The position numbers and the translations under genes were made by a program. The notes beneath the pieces were generated by a model. It searched no databases. It was not told where the DNA came from and saw only the letters and a list, made by a program, of their open reading frames with translations. From an uncultured bacterium (GTDB lineage Bacteria; Patescibacteriota; Minisyncoccia; UBA6257; GWB1-50-10): a stretch of 64,000 nucleotides of DNA. Of the stretch, positions 10,567-19,169 are shown piece after piece; the first letter of the stretch is position 1; every line of letters starts with the position of its first letter. The stretch covers positions 570,252-634,251 of the forward strand of contig OY970216.1 of NCBI GenBank assembly GCA_963713955.1. Reading direction: 5' to 3'.

Positions 10567-10880
10567 AATGAGACCTCGACCCAATCTACCTCGACGAATT
10601 GACAAGAGAGAAAGTTCTATTACAATATACTATTCAAGCACCTTGATTTTTTAATTTTTAGGAGACTGCCCAGACACGACGACATAACTCTCTTTTCCCC
10701 ACACCCGAGAAGAGAACCTCCGTCTGCGGCAGTCTCAAATTTCTGGAGAAGGCTCCAGAACAGAATGGTTGAATCTAGATCAAAATTGACCGACCATCCT
10801 GGAGCCCCACTCCCTTTCTTATAAAACAACTCTCACCCTTGTGGGAGTTTCGTTTTTTATTGTAGAATGACGAGGTATTT

Positions 10881-10952
10881 TGCCGGGTCGTCTAGTGGTA
10901 GGACGTTTGGCTCTGAACCAGAAAACTGGGGTTCGAATCCCTGCCCGGCAGC
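10881..10952 (+). tRNA. tRNA-Gln, anticodon CUG
   Basis: A cloverleaf can be read by eye. The acceptor stem is tgccggg/cccggca, the D-arm is gtcgtctagtggtaggac, the anticodon stem is tttgg/ccaga with loop cuCUGaa, and the T-arm contains GGTTCGAATCC. CCA is not encoded. Confidence 0.8.
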
Positions 10953-11004
10953 TAATACCACGACACTCGCTACTCTAATGTAGCGGGTGTTTTGGTATCT
11001 AAAT

Positions 11005-11026
11005 TGTCGGCAGGGATTCGAACGGG
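11005..11026 (-). repeat. Inverted partial copy of the tRNA-Gln 3' end (15/15 nt, ggcagggattcgaac)
   Basis: The segment is the reverse complement of tRNA positions about 10931-10945. Confidence 0.55.
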
Positions 11027-11116
11027 AGTGGGGTAGGGAAAACATCTGGTCTCCCTTGGCGGAAATATTAAAACCGAGGGGTTTAAAAACAGCGATTTGC
11101 TGTATAGCGAATCGCC

Positions 11117-11142
11117 GTTGTTCGACTCCCTGCCCGGCAGCT
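11117..11142 (+). repeat. Direct partial copy of the tRNA-Gln 3' end (gttcgaCtccctgcccggcagct, 22/23 identical); looks like an attachment-site remnant
   Basis: It compares with tRNA positions 10930-10953. No 5' half is present that could make a second tRNA. Confidence 0.6.
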
Positions 11143-11192
11143 GAGGTGTTTTTAGTGTGCAGACCGTTTTCTGCATGTGCTAAACTTAATCT

Positions 11193-11927
11193 ATGAATCC
11201 CAAAAAAGATGCATACGGTCAGGAGATACTGACATATCTCAATAAAAAGCCTTCGTATGAGATCGTTGAAAGGGAAGACGGTTTTGTCGGACTATCCGGC
11301 GGGGTAAAGAACTATTTCGCCGATTTCAAGCATTGGCCCGAGTGGCAGAAGCAGGGTATCAAGTTCGCCAAGGGGAGAGTATTGGATATCGGAACCGGTG
11401 CCGGGAGAGTCGCTCTGTACCTCCAGAAAAAAGGCCACAAAGTGACGGCAATAGACAATTCACCACTTGCGATCCAAGTATGTAAGAGAAGGGGAGTGAG
11501 AGATGCGAGGGTTCTTCCTATCGAGAAGGTTGGCGCATTCAAACCAAGTACATTTGACACCGTCGTCATGTATGGAAACAATTTCGGTTTGTTCTGCAAT
11601 TTCAAAAAAGCAAAAACTCTTCTCAGGGAACTCCATAAGATCACGGCACCCGCTGCCCTGATTATTGCGGAAAGCAACGATCCGTACGAAACCAACAATC
11701 CGGTTCACCTCGCGTACCACAGACTTAATCGAAAGCGTGGCCGGATGACGGGACAAACAAAGCTTAGGATACGGTTCAGAAACTACATCGGGGATTGGTT
11801 TGACTATCTCCTCGTATCCAGACAGGAAATGAAAGATATCCTCAGGGGCACTGGCTGGAAAGTGAAGAAATTCATCGGTTCCGGCGCACATATGTACATA
11901 GCAGTCATTGGAAAGGATAAGAATTAA
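11193..11927 (+). CDS. Class I SAM-dependent methyltransferase
   Basis: Motif I is VLDIGTGAGRVALYL, and a post-I acidic residue follows (TAIDNSP). Confidence 0.7.
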   Translation: MNPKKDAYGQEILTYLNKKPSYEIVEREDGFVGLSGGVKNYFADFKHWPEWQKQGIKFAKGRVLDIGTGAGRVALYLQKKGHKVTAIDNSPLAIQVCKRRGVRDARVLPIEKVGAFKPSTFDTVVMYGNNFGLFCNFKKAKTLLRELHKITAPAALIIAESNDPYETNNPVHLAYHRLNRKRGRMTGQTKLRIRFRNYIGDWFDYLLVSRQEMKDILRGTGWKVKKFIGSGAHMYIAVIGKDKN

Positions 11928-11928
11928 G

Positions 11929-12267
11929 ATGATCACCTACGACGATTTTGAAAAAGTAGATATGCGCCTTGGAAAGATAGTGGAAGTCGAGGATCTTAAG
12001 AAAGCCAGGAATCCGTCTTTCAAGTTGAAAATAGATTTCGGTCCGGAGATTGGCGTCAAGACCTCAAGCGTCCAGGCTGTCGGCGCGCACATCAAAGAAG
12101 AACTCCTGGGGATGTTGGTCATCTGTGTCATCAATTTCTCGCCGAAAAGGGTTGCTGACTTCGATTCGGAAGTTCTGACGCTTGGATTCAGGAACAGTGA
12201 GGGAACCGGCTGGGTACTTATAACCCCATCAAAAAAATCAGTCAAAATTGGCGACAGGTTAAAATAG
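11929..12267 (+). CDS. tRNA-binding protein, CsaA/Trbp111/EMAP-II-like OB fold
   Basis: The protein begins MITYDDFEKVDMRLGKIVEVE and contains KIDFGPEIGVKTSSVQ, which resembles the MetRS C-terminal tRNA-binding domain. The ORF track starts 21 nt earlier, at 11908. Confidence 0.6.
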   Translation: MITYDDFEKVDMRLGKIVEVEDLKKARNPSFKLKIDFGPEIGVKTSSVQAVGAHIKEELLGMLVICVINFSPKRVADFDSEVLTLGFRNSEGTGWVLITPSKKSVKIGDRLK

Positions 12268-12289
12268 CCGCGCGGCTAGAAAATTTACC

Positions 12290-12787
12290 ATGGTAGACCC
12301 AAACAGTGCCTATGAAAAGTTAATAAATCTGCTGGATAGCAACCACGTTGAATACAAGCTGTTCTCCCACAAGGAAGCATTGACCTGGGAAGAACTGGCT
12401 GAGGTGCAAAAGGAAACCGGCTTCTTCGGAACGGAGATGAAATGCATGGTCCTGAAAGCTGGTGATGATTTTATCGTCTATATAACCCTCCAAGGGAAGC
12501 GATTAAATTTCGATGCGATCAAGGAAAAACTCGACGTAACCAAGGTTCGGTTATCCACCCCGGAAGAATTGAACGAACATTTTGGTGCGAAGCCAGGCTG
12601 CGCCTATCCCTTTGGTTTCGACAATCAATACGACATCTACATTGATCCCGAAATCTATAAACAGGAATGGATGCTCTTTAGTCCTGTTTTCCCGAATAAG
12701 ACTGCGCAGGTCAGGGGATCGGATTTGAAGAAAGTGTTTGATTCTCTTGAAAATAAAGTGGAAGAGGTTACGGGATTTAATCAATGA
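12290..12787 (+). CDS. YbaK/ProX-family aminoacyl-tRNA deacylase (trans-editing domain)
   Basis: A 165-aa protein containing the motif GAKPGCAYPFG, within the YbaK-family size range. Confidence 0.6.
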   Translation: MVDPNSAYEKLINLLDSNHVEYKLFSHKEALTWEELAEVQKETGFFGTEMKCMVLKAGDDFIVYITLQGKRLNFDAIKEKLDVTKVRLSTPEELNEHFGAKPGCAYPFGFDNQYDIYIDPEIYKQEWMLFSPVFPNKTAQVRGSDLKKVFDSLENKVEEVTGFNQ

Positions 12788-13539
12788 AAATAATTTCCTG
12801 GAACGTTAACGGGTTGAGGTCAGTGTATCAGAAGGGATTTTCCGCTTGGCTTGGAAAAAGTAACGCTGACATTGTTTGCCTTCAGGAAATAAAAGCGCAG
12901 GAAGGGCAAATCCCTACGGATTTACTTTCATTTAAGAACTATCATCTCTACATCAATCAAGCCCAGAAGAAAGGCTATAGCGGAGTTGCGGTATTTACGA
13001 GGGGGAAGCCCTTGAAGGTAAGTTATAAGTTAGGTCTGCGTCGTTTTGATAGTGAGGGGAGAATGATACAGCTCGAGTACAAAAACTTTATCTTAGTTGC
13101 GCTTTATATGCCCCACGGGGGAAGGTTTAAGGAAAATCTCCCCTACAAATTGGAGGCCTATAAAAATCTGTTTAATTGCCTCCGTAAACTGAAAAACAAG
13201 AACATCATTCTGGCGGGAGATTTTAACGTGGCTCATGAGGAAACTGACCTTGCGAGGCCGGATTCGAATAGAAACAACATCATGTTTACGCCAGGGGAAA
13301 GGAAGAAAATAGACATGTTGATGGAGAGCGGCTTCACGGATACCTTCAGAAAGTTCCACGGGGGAGGTGGCCACTACACTTGGTGGCCATATATGGCGAA
13401 TGCTCGTGAGAGAAACCTTGGATGGAGGATTGATTACATATTTACCTCCAGTCCGATCTCGAGAAGAGTTAAAGACGCCTTTATCTTAGATAAAGTACAT
13501 GGCTCAGACCATTGCCCTGTAGGGATAGATTTGTTGTAG
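12784..13539 (+). CDS. xth: Exodeoxyribonuclease III / AP endonuclease
   Basis: The N-terminus reads MKIISWNVNGLRS...DIVCLQEIK. The C-terminus contains SDHCPV. The start overlaps the upstream stop by 4 nt. Confidence 0.85.
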   Translation: MKIISWNVNGLRSVYQKGFSAWLGKSNADIVCLQEIKAQEGQIPTDLLSFKNYHLYINQAQKKGYSGVAVFTRGKPLKVSYKLGLRRFDSEGRMIQLEYKNFILVALYMPHGGRFKENLPYKLEAYKNLFNCLRKLKNKNIILAGDFNVAHEETDLARPDSNRNNIMFTPGERKKIDMLMESGFTDTFRKFHGGGGHYTWWPYMANARERNLGWRIDYIFTSSPISRRVKDAFILDKVHGSDHCPVGIDLL

Positions 13540-13559
13540 TTGTGTTAAACTGAAAACAT

Positions 13560-14108
13560 ATGAAATGCCCCAGGTGCAAAAGGGAAATGATAAAAAGGGT
13601 GAAAGATGTGAGTTATAACTTGAGAACTGGCAAACAGTACAGCAGGACTGTGTATTTGTGCGAGAAGGATGATGTGTGGTGGGCCAGGGTGGAAATTCCG
13701 AATGGAAAGATGACCAAGAAAGCCACGGGGGAGAAAGGAATCATAAAACACATAGAATTTTGGGTTTTTGATTTGAAGCGATCAATGAGATTCTATAAGG
13801 GTATTTTCAAACTTATTCACTGGGATCATGTCGAGAAAAACGCTTTCAGTAACGGCCAAACAAAGATCTACTTTATTGAGCAGAAGGTAGAACCCCAGAG
13901 AACGGTCGGCCCCAGGCATATATGTTTCTTGGCTGATTCGTGTGAAACCGTCGATGAGATTGCCCGGTTTTTGATCAAGAACAAAAGCGATATTATTCGG
14001 GGCCCCCTTGAGTACCAATACAGAAATCGGATCTCCTACACTATAGATTTCAGGGACCCTGACGGATATGTTATAGAGGTAGCGACCAAGTCGGTCATCC
14101 GGCATTAA
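13560..14108 (+). CDS. VOC/glyoxalase-bleomycin-resistance-fold protein with an N-terminal zinc-ribbon
   Basis: The N-terminus carries a zinc-ribbon (CPRC...C). VOC beta-alpha-beta-beta-beta modules follow (HIEFWVFDL, GPRHICFLADS, IDFRDPDGYVIEV). Confidence 0.5.
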   Translation: MKCPRCKREMIKRVKDVSYNLRTGKQYSRTVYLCEKDDVWWARVEIPNGKMTKKATGEKGIIKHIEFWVFDLKRSMRFYKGIFKLIHWDHVEKNAFSNGQTKIYFIEQKVEPQRTVGPRHICFLADSCETVDEIARFLIKNKSDIIRGPLEYQYRNRISYTIDFRDPDGYVIEVATKSVIRH

Positions 14109-14116
14109 ACCTTGAG

Positions 14117-14914
14117 ATGAAACGGGAGGACTACATAAAAGCAATTCAAACCTTTGAACCGGTCTTTTTCGATGCTGGTAAGTTAGCGGTGGAATTGCAA
14201 AAAGGTATTGTGCCAAAAACGAAGCTCGGTACGGGGGTGCACGACATAGATGTGGTGACGGATGCGGACACCGCGGTCCAGGAAATGGTTCTATCAGCTG
14301 CGAGCAAGACCATATTGTCAGAGTGCCGCCTCGTGGCCGAAGAAGATACGGAATCAGTCGGCAAATTCAATCCAAACGGAGAATTTTTGTTCGCCATTGA
14401 CCCAATCGACGGAACACATCGGTACGCTGAAGGTGGCCAGATTTTTAGTCTTATAGTTAGCCTTCAAGCCCCGGGTTTACCCATCTACACCTTTGCGCAT
14501 TATCCCGCCATCAGATGGACTCATTGGTTCATTGGCAACACGCATCGCGAAGAAGGACAGAAACCCGGAATATCAATTAAAAGAACAGATAAGGCGATCA
14601 CGTATTCGTATGGTGATCCAAAGAGTAGAGTATCTGATTTAGAAATCCAGAAGATGAAAACCAGGGGTTATGACTTTGTAGACAAGGAATCACTAACTTC
14701 CGATTGCGGTGCGACGACTACCCTCCTCGCCGGAGTGGTTGAGGGATACTATTGCGAAGATCCTCTTGCCGTCGATGGATTAGTTGGCATGCATTATGGC
14801 CTGGCACATAATTGTGAAATTCACAGTACCTTGCAGAAAGAATGGCCGAAACCTGGGTTTGGCGGCATTAGATACTCTGGCTATTATTTTGTTATTCGAG
14901 AGGGGAAGAATTAA
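14117..14914 (+). CDS. Inositol monophosphatase / CysQ-family phosphatase
   Basis: The metal-binding motif AIDPIDGT and an upstream acidic cluster (EED) are present. Confidence 0.65.
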   Translation: MKREDYIKAIQTFEPVFFDAGKLAVELQKGIVPKTKLGTGVHDIDVVTDADTAVQEMVLSAASKTILSECRLVAEEDTESVGKFNPNGEFLFAIDPIDGTHRYAEGGQIFSLIVSLQAPGLPIYTFAHYPAIRWTHWFIGNTHREEGQKPGISIKRTDKAITYSYGDPKSRVSDLEIQKMKTRGYDFVDKESLTSDCGATTTLLAGVVEGYYCEDPLAVDGLVGMHYGLAHNCEIHSTLQKEWPKPGFGGIRYSGYYFVIREGKN

Positions 14915-15009
14915 GACAAATAGGGTGGGTGTTAATGCTAGTTTATGCCCTTAAGCAATTCCCGACACCTTCCAGCGCGCCGAGCTGAAGTATTTTTTAT
15001 CGCGCCGCG

Positions 15010-15029
15010 CAGACCGAAAGGTCTGTTTT
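15010..15029 (+). terminator. Rho-independent terminator (cagacc-gaaa-ggtctg-tttt)
   Basis: A 6-bp perfect stem with a GAAA tetraloop and a T4 run lies downstream of the 14117-14914 gene. Confidence 0.45.
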
Positions 15030-15068
15030 GGCAACCTAATTCCAAGCTATTGGGATATTACGATGCTG

Positions 15069-15097
15069 TTGACATCAGTGCTGTTTCGGTATATAAA
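15069..15097 (+). promoter_or_regulatory. Sigma70 promoter for rnc: TTGACA, 17-nt spacer, TATAAA
   Basis: The sequence ttgacatcagtgctgtttcggtatataaat matches the consensus closely. It lies about 50 nt upstream of the rnc ATG. Confidence 0.5.
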
Positions 15098-15145
15098 TCA
15101 CAACAGAAACTTCACTTAACTAACCTCTCAAAGGAAGGAGACAAT

Positions 15146-15847
15146 ATGAGAGACTTTATTGACTGTGAAAAGAAACTGGGCGTGGAGTTTAAGAACAAAG
15201 AACTCCTCAAGAATGCTTTTACTCACCGTTCGTATGTCAACGAGGTTAAGGGATTAAATACGAGGCACAATGAGCGCCTGGAGTTTCTCGGGGATGCAGT
15301 CCTTGAACTTATAGTAAGGGAATACCTTTACACGGCATTTCCCGAAAAACCCGAGGGTGAGCTTGCCGCCATCCGTAATACGCTTGTGGGTATGGAAATA
15401 CTCTCCGGTGTTACCCGTCGTTTGGAGGTAAGTGAGTTCCTGCTCACTTCAAATGGTGCCATAAAAGAGGGGGAACGCGCCTTGAGGACCATACTCGGCA
15501 GGCTCTATGAGGCCATCGTCGGTGCAATATACCTTGATCAGGGATATGAGACAGCGCAAAACCTCGTCTATGAGACTCTCCTGCCCGAACTCAAGACAGC
15601 CATTAACTTCCGCGACGCCAAGTCCTTTTTCCAAGAAGTAGCCCAGGCGTTGATGAAAATCACGCCGCACTATGAGCTCCTTAAGGAAGAAGGGCTCGAC
15701 AATAAGAAATGCTTTGTCGTCGCAGCCTGCTTAGGTGAAGAGCAAGTCGCGACCGGTGTAGGCACCTCCAAGAAGGAAGCAGAAACCAGAGCAGCGGAAG
15801 CCGCCCTGAAAGTAAAGGGTTGGCTTAACAAAATACCAGTCGTCTAA
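15146..15847 (+). CDS. rnc: Ribonuclease III
   Basis: The RNase III signature ERLEFLGDAVLEL is present, with a C-terminal dsRBD. An SD (aaggaaggag) precedes the ATG at 15146. The ORF track start at 14945 is upstream read-through. Confidence 0.85.
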   Translation: MRDFIDCEKKLGVEFKNKELLKNAFTHRSYVNEVKGLNTRHNERLEFLGDAVLELIVREYLYTAFPEKPEGELAAIRNTLVGMEILSGVTRRLEVSEFLLTSNGAIKEGERALRTILGRLYEAIVGAIYLDQGYETAQNLVYETLLPELKTAINFRDAKSFFQEVAQALMKITPHYELLKEEGLDNKKCFVVAACLGEEQVATGVGTSKKEAETRAAEAALKVKGWLNKIPVV

Positions 15848-15866
15848 CGACGGTAACTTTATTCAA

Positions 15867-15910
15867 GCCCCCGTTCGTGTCATCGATTTGACCGGCGGGG
15901 CGCTTTATTT
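15867..15910 (+). terminator. Hairpin (gcccccg...cgggggc) followed by ctttatttt; candidate rnc terminator
   Basis: The feature begins 20 nt after the rnc stop. Confidence 0.4.
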
Positions 15911-15911
15911 T

Positions 15912-16800
15912 CATGAAGGGAATACTTTGATAAGGGTATCCCTAGTCAATTGGCGCAAAGGTTAACGACTTTTTGAGGTAGTTCCTGGGGTTTTGAAACA
16001 ATTCCGGTGAGGAAAATCTGACGGAAAATTCCCTCACGTAGTCAGGCATCTTCTCCGCGGTCACGTGATGGTACATTCTCCTCACGAATGTCCTGAAGTT
16101 CCCGAACATCCCCTCGATCTCGGAGGTCTTCCCGAACTCCCATTTAGCATGGATGTCCCGTTCGTGTCTCACTGGCCACCATCTCTCGATGCCCCGGTAT
16201 ATGGCTGCCCCATCGGTATGGAGCCTCGCCCTCGGCTTCACGTACTCCATGAGGAACCGAACCGCTTCTGCTCGGTCAACCGACTTCTCGGGCAAAACCA
16301 CGTACGCGACCTTTCTCGAGCGCTCCTCTTTCCCCATGATGAGTGACCAGCCCTTGCCGTATGCCTCATCGAGCTGCACGATCCGTGAGAGAATATCATG
16401 GTTTTGAGGCAGGTGTTCCCGGAAGCGGTCGTACCAGCGACGGATGGCCATCTCGGAAAGCCCCGAGAGGTTCATGGCTTGAACAACGGGTATCTTTTCG
16501 CACCACGCCCAGAGGACGAGCCACCACGTCTCAAGCGGGAGCTTCAGATCGCTTAACCAGGTGTATGAGAGGAGGGTGAACCTTCTCCGACATCGGGGGC
16601 ACCAGTACCGATCCTTCTCCTTCCAGACATCCCGGTACCGACAGCGGGGACAGTACACATTCTTGCCAAAGAGCGTTCTCCGGAGAAACTTCCTGATCTG
16701 GGCTTCCGACGGTATTTGATTCAATTGGTACATATCCTTCATGGTATGCGATATGCGCCAACATGATTAGAGTACCCCTTTGATAAAACCTTGACATATT
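15912..16800 (-). mobile_element. IS1595-family insertion sequence; boundaries not resolved
   Basis: The extent is set around the transposase CDS. Flanks show short palindromes (gggaatac/gtatccc) but no clear terminal inverted repeats that I can see. Confidence 0.3.
15942..16742 (-). CDS. IS1595-family (ISXO2-like) transposase
   Basis: An N-terminal transposase zinc-ribbon is present (CPRCRYRDV...CPRCRRRF). DDE-type region motifs follow (QLDEAY, LHTDGAAIY, EIEGMFGNFRTFVRRMYHHV). Confidence 0.75.
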   Translation of the reverse strand: MKDMYQLNQIPSEAQIRKFLRRTLFGKNVYCPRCRYRDVWKEKDRYWCPRCRRRFTLLSYTWLSDLKLPLETWWLVLWAWCEKIPVVQAMNLSGLSEMAIRRWYDRFREHLPQNHDILSRIVQLDEAYGKGWSLIMGKEERSRKVAYVVLPEKSVDRAEAVRFLMEYVKPRARLHTDGAAIYRGIERWWPVRHERDIHAKWEFGKTSEIEGMFGNFRTFVRRMYHHVTAEKMPDYVREFSVRFSSPELFQNPRNYLKKSLTFAPID

Positions 16801-16884
16801 CACCGAAAGGTGGTATTTTATTTACACGCATATTTACTTTTTAATATTAGCTGAAAACTTAACCGAAAGGAGGGATAAGCAGAC

Positions 16885-17784
16885 ATGAGATTGGAATGGA
16901 GTGAAATGCTTGTGATTGCGGCTATTAGAGAGCTTCATAGGACTGGAGTAAGGATAAATTCCAATTACATCCAGGAACACTACAGGAGTTTGTACAATGC
17001 TGCAGTGTGGCGTTTCGGTAGTTGGGGCGACGCAGTTGAGGCGAGCGGATACAGTTATGCAAAGATTCTCGCACTCAAGCTACTTCGCCATCCGAAATGG
17101 AGTAAACAAATTGTAATCTCGAGAATAAGGGAACTCCATGAATCCGGTGAAAAGCTGAACTCGAATTATATCCAGACACACCACCAATCTCTCTACGGAG
17201 CTGCTATTAGATACTTCGGGAGTTGGGGGAAGGCCGTTAAAGCCGCTGGGTACGATTATGGTTCGGTCCGGGTTCGGAAACCTTTTCGTTCTTGGACGAA
17301 GGACAAAATTGTGAGTGCCATTAAGACCAGGTACCGGAAAGGATTGCCAATCAACACAATGGCAATCTACTCACAGGATCGCGGTCTTTATAGCGCGGTC
17401 AGACGTCATTTTGGGAAAGACGGTATGAAGAAAGCTCAAAAAAAAGCCGGCTTCAATCCGCGAGATTTAGATCCCAAGAGAATATGGACTTCTAAGAAGG
17501 TGTTGCGGGAAATAAGGAGATTGAAAAAACTTCATGTCCCGCTCTACCACTTTTATCTTCTGAATCACGGTTACCAAAGCTTGACCTACGCCGGAGTAAG
17601 GCTCTTCGGCAGCTGGAGAAAGACAATCAAAGCCGCCAGACTTGATTACGATCGTATTAAAGCGGTCAGGAATCATTTCTGGAATAAGGGGCGAGTGATT
17701 GTAGAGATCAGACGTCTTGCCAGAAAAGGTGAGCGCCTGAGTTCGAAACACATCCACCTTACTGTGATGGATAGGTTTCTTTAG
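16885..17784 (+). CDS. Tandem-repeat protein (about 5 degenerate repeats of roughly 62 aa); C-terminus replaced by IS sequence
   Basis: The repeat consensus is W[ST]Kxx[IV][IV]xxIRELHxxGxx[IL]NSNYIQxHxxSLYxAA[IV]RxFGSWxxAVxAAGY, and resembles homing-endonuclease-associated helical repeats. The last 7 codons lie inside IS copy 1. Confidence 0.5.
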   Translation: MRLEWSEMLVIAAIRELHRTGVRINSNYIQEHYRSLYNAAVWRFGSWGDAVEASGYSYAKILALKLLRHPKWSKQIVISRIRELHESGEKLNSNYIQTHHQSLYGAAIRYFGSWGKAVKAAGYDYGSVRVRKPFRSWTKDKIVSAIKTRYRKGLPINTMAIYSQDRGLYSAVRRHFGKDGMKKAQKKAGFNPRDLDPKRIWTSKKVLREIRRLKKLHVPLYHFYLLNHGYQSLTYAGVRLFGSWRKTIKAARLDYDRIKAVRNHFWNKGRVIVEIRRLARKGERLSSKHIHLTVMDRFL

Positions 17785-17824
17785 ACAGTCACTCGACAAG
17801 TTTTCTCGTCGTTTTTTCATTCTC

Positions 17825-18607
17825 TCACACTGCTATCTTCTCTGCAAACACCGAAGGCGGCATCCTGAGAGCGGAGTGGATTCTTGTATGGTTGTACTCC
17901 CAAAGCGTTCGGTAGATCTCCGCCACAAGTTCCCCTAAGGATCTGAACCGATTAGGATCGCCAAGATCCATTTTGAATTTTCCGTAGAAAGATTCTTGGT
18001 ATCCGTTCTCCCACGGCGATCCGGGGCGTGAGCGGGAGATGGTGATGCCGTAGCGCTCAAGCATAGCGATGAACGCCTTCGCTTCGTATTCCCTCCCGTT
18101 GTCAGAATGGAAGATCACGGGTCGCGGGCAATGGAAGAGCGCGTTCGCCAGAGTTTGGATGGTGAGCGTCGATCCCTTCCGGGTCGCCACATGAACGCCC
18201 ATCAGTTGCCTCGTAAACAGGTTAAGGATCGTTGATACGTACAGCTTCTTCCCGTGAAAGACAAGCTCCGTGAAATCCGTCGCCCAGACATGGTTCGCAT
18301 ATGATGGCATAATGCCGAGGAGGAGGTTCGGGAAGTGCCGTTCCGCCTTGGATTTCCTGTATTTTCTCCCATGCCTGCGGTAGGGCTTGATGCCGTAAAT
18401 CCGCATGACCCGTTGCGCTCTCGGTCTGCCGATGCCGAGCGCAATCGCCAGTCGGCGTGAGCCGTATGAGGGATGCTCGTGAAGCACCTCCTCCGTCCGG
18501 ACCTTTAATGCCCAATCCTTCTTGTCCTGCGTTGCGACGTAATAGAGCGATGAGCGCGAGACACCCATGGCGCGAGCCAGGGCGGATACGTTCCTTTCCC
18601 TGCTCAA
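17825..18607 (-). CDS. IS3-family transposase OrfB (rve integrase core, DDE)
   Basis: The rve-core segments WATDFTE, FHSDNGREY and SPWENGYQESF are present. Confidence 0.85.
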   Translation of the reverse strand: MSRERNVSALARAMGVSRSSLYYVATQDKKDWALKVRTEEVLHEHPSYGSRRLAIALGIGRPRAQRVMRIYGIKPYRRHGRKYRKSKAERHFPNLLLGIMPSYANHVWATDFTELVFHGKKLYVSTILNLFTRQLMGVHVATRKGSTLTIQTLANALFHCPRPVIFHSDNGREYEAKAFIAMLERYGITISRSRPGSPWENGYQESFYGKFKMDLGDPNRFRSLGELVAEIYRTLWEYNHTRIHSALRMPPSVFAEKIAV

Positions 18608-18867
18608 TTCTTTTTTTGGGTCTGGGACAGCTTGATCGTGAGTTCACCGATCACTTCGAAGAGTTCCTGATTCTGTTTCTTTAGGCGATTGATTTCTCCC
18701 CAGGAGGGAGCGCTCGTGGCACCGGCGCCGAGCCATCCATACACGGTTGTCTCGTGGACGCCTGCATCTTTTGCCGCTTCTGCGACGGAGACGCCTTCTT
18801 CCTTCACGCGGCGGACAATCTCCGCTTTTACCTCTTTCGCTACCCGATATCCTTTTTTGTTAGCCAT
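18604..18867 (-). CDS. IS3-family transposase OrfA (HTH)
   Basis: An 87-aa protein with a helix-turn-helix and leucine zipper. It ends at the A_AAA_AAG slippery site. Confidence 0.8.
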   Translation of the reverse strand: MANKKGYRVAKEVKAEIVRRVKEEGVSVAEAAKDAGVHETTVYGWLGAGATSAPSWGEINRLKKQNQELFEVIGELTIKLSQTQKKN

Positions 18868-18921
18868 GACACAATGGTAATTTGTTCCGACCTTTGTGTC
18901 TAAATTTTCCTATCCGGAACA

Positions 18922-19134
18922 GTCGCCGAAGACCCAAACTATCTTCAGCTCTATCTGAGAAAGGTCTCAAAAGATCAAATTGGAATCGGTCTCACCTACC
19001 AGATACCGGAGGGCAAGGATGTCAAAACAGCTCAGGGGGAGTATTTTGACAAAGTCTCCGACTATCTTAAGCGGAACTTCGGGAACGATCTTGTGGGCTG
19101 GGATATGGCGGCCACCGTTCAACTCGTCAAATAA
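18922..19134 (+). pseudogene. 3' remnant (70 codons) of a gene truncated by IS copy 1
   Basis: The frame is open from the IS boundary to the TAA at 19132-19134 (...GWDMAATVQLVK*). It has no start codon. Confidence 0.4.
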
Positions 19135-19169
19135 ACAATAACAGTCGAAAAAGGACTGGAACTAGAAAA

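Larger units (their letters stand above)
17763..18921 (-). mobile_element. IS3-family insertion sequence, copy 1 (1159 bp; termini TG...CA; about 25-bp imperfect terminal inverted repeats)
   Basis: This copy is identical to the copies at 22860-24018 and 58151-59309. The two ends are TGTTCCGGATAGGAAAATTTAGACA and TGTGATGGATAGGTTTCTTTAGACA. Confidence 0.85.

Noticed and set aside
10985-11070. A second, minus-strand tRNA containing the inverted ggcagggattcgaac segment
   Set aside because: Flanking sequence cannot form a T-stem or acceptor stem; ccactcccgTTCGAATccctg does not pair. I treat it as a fragment.
11041-11141. An ncRNA in the 11040-11140 segment; it has a gcgatt/aatcgc palindrome
   Set aside because: There is only a single short palindrome and no recognisable family. 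It is better explained as att-scar sequence.
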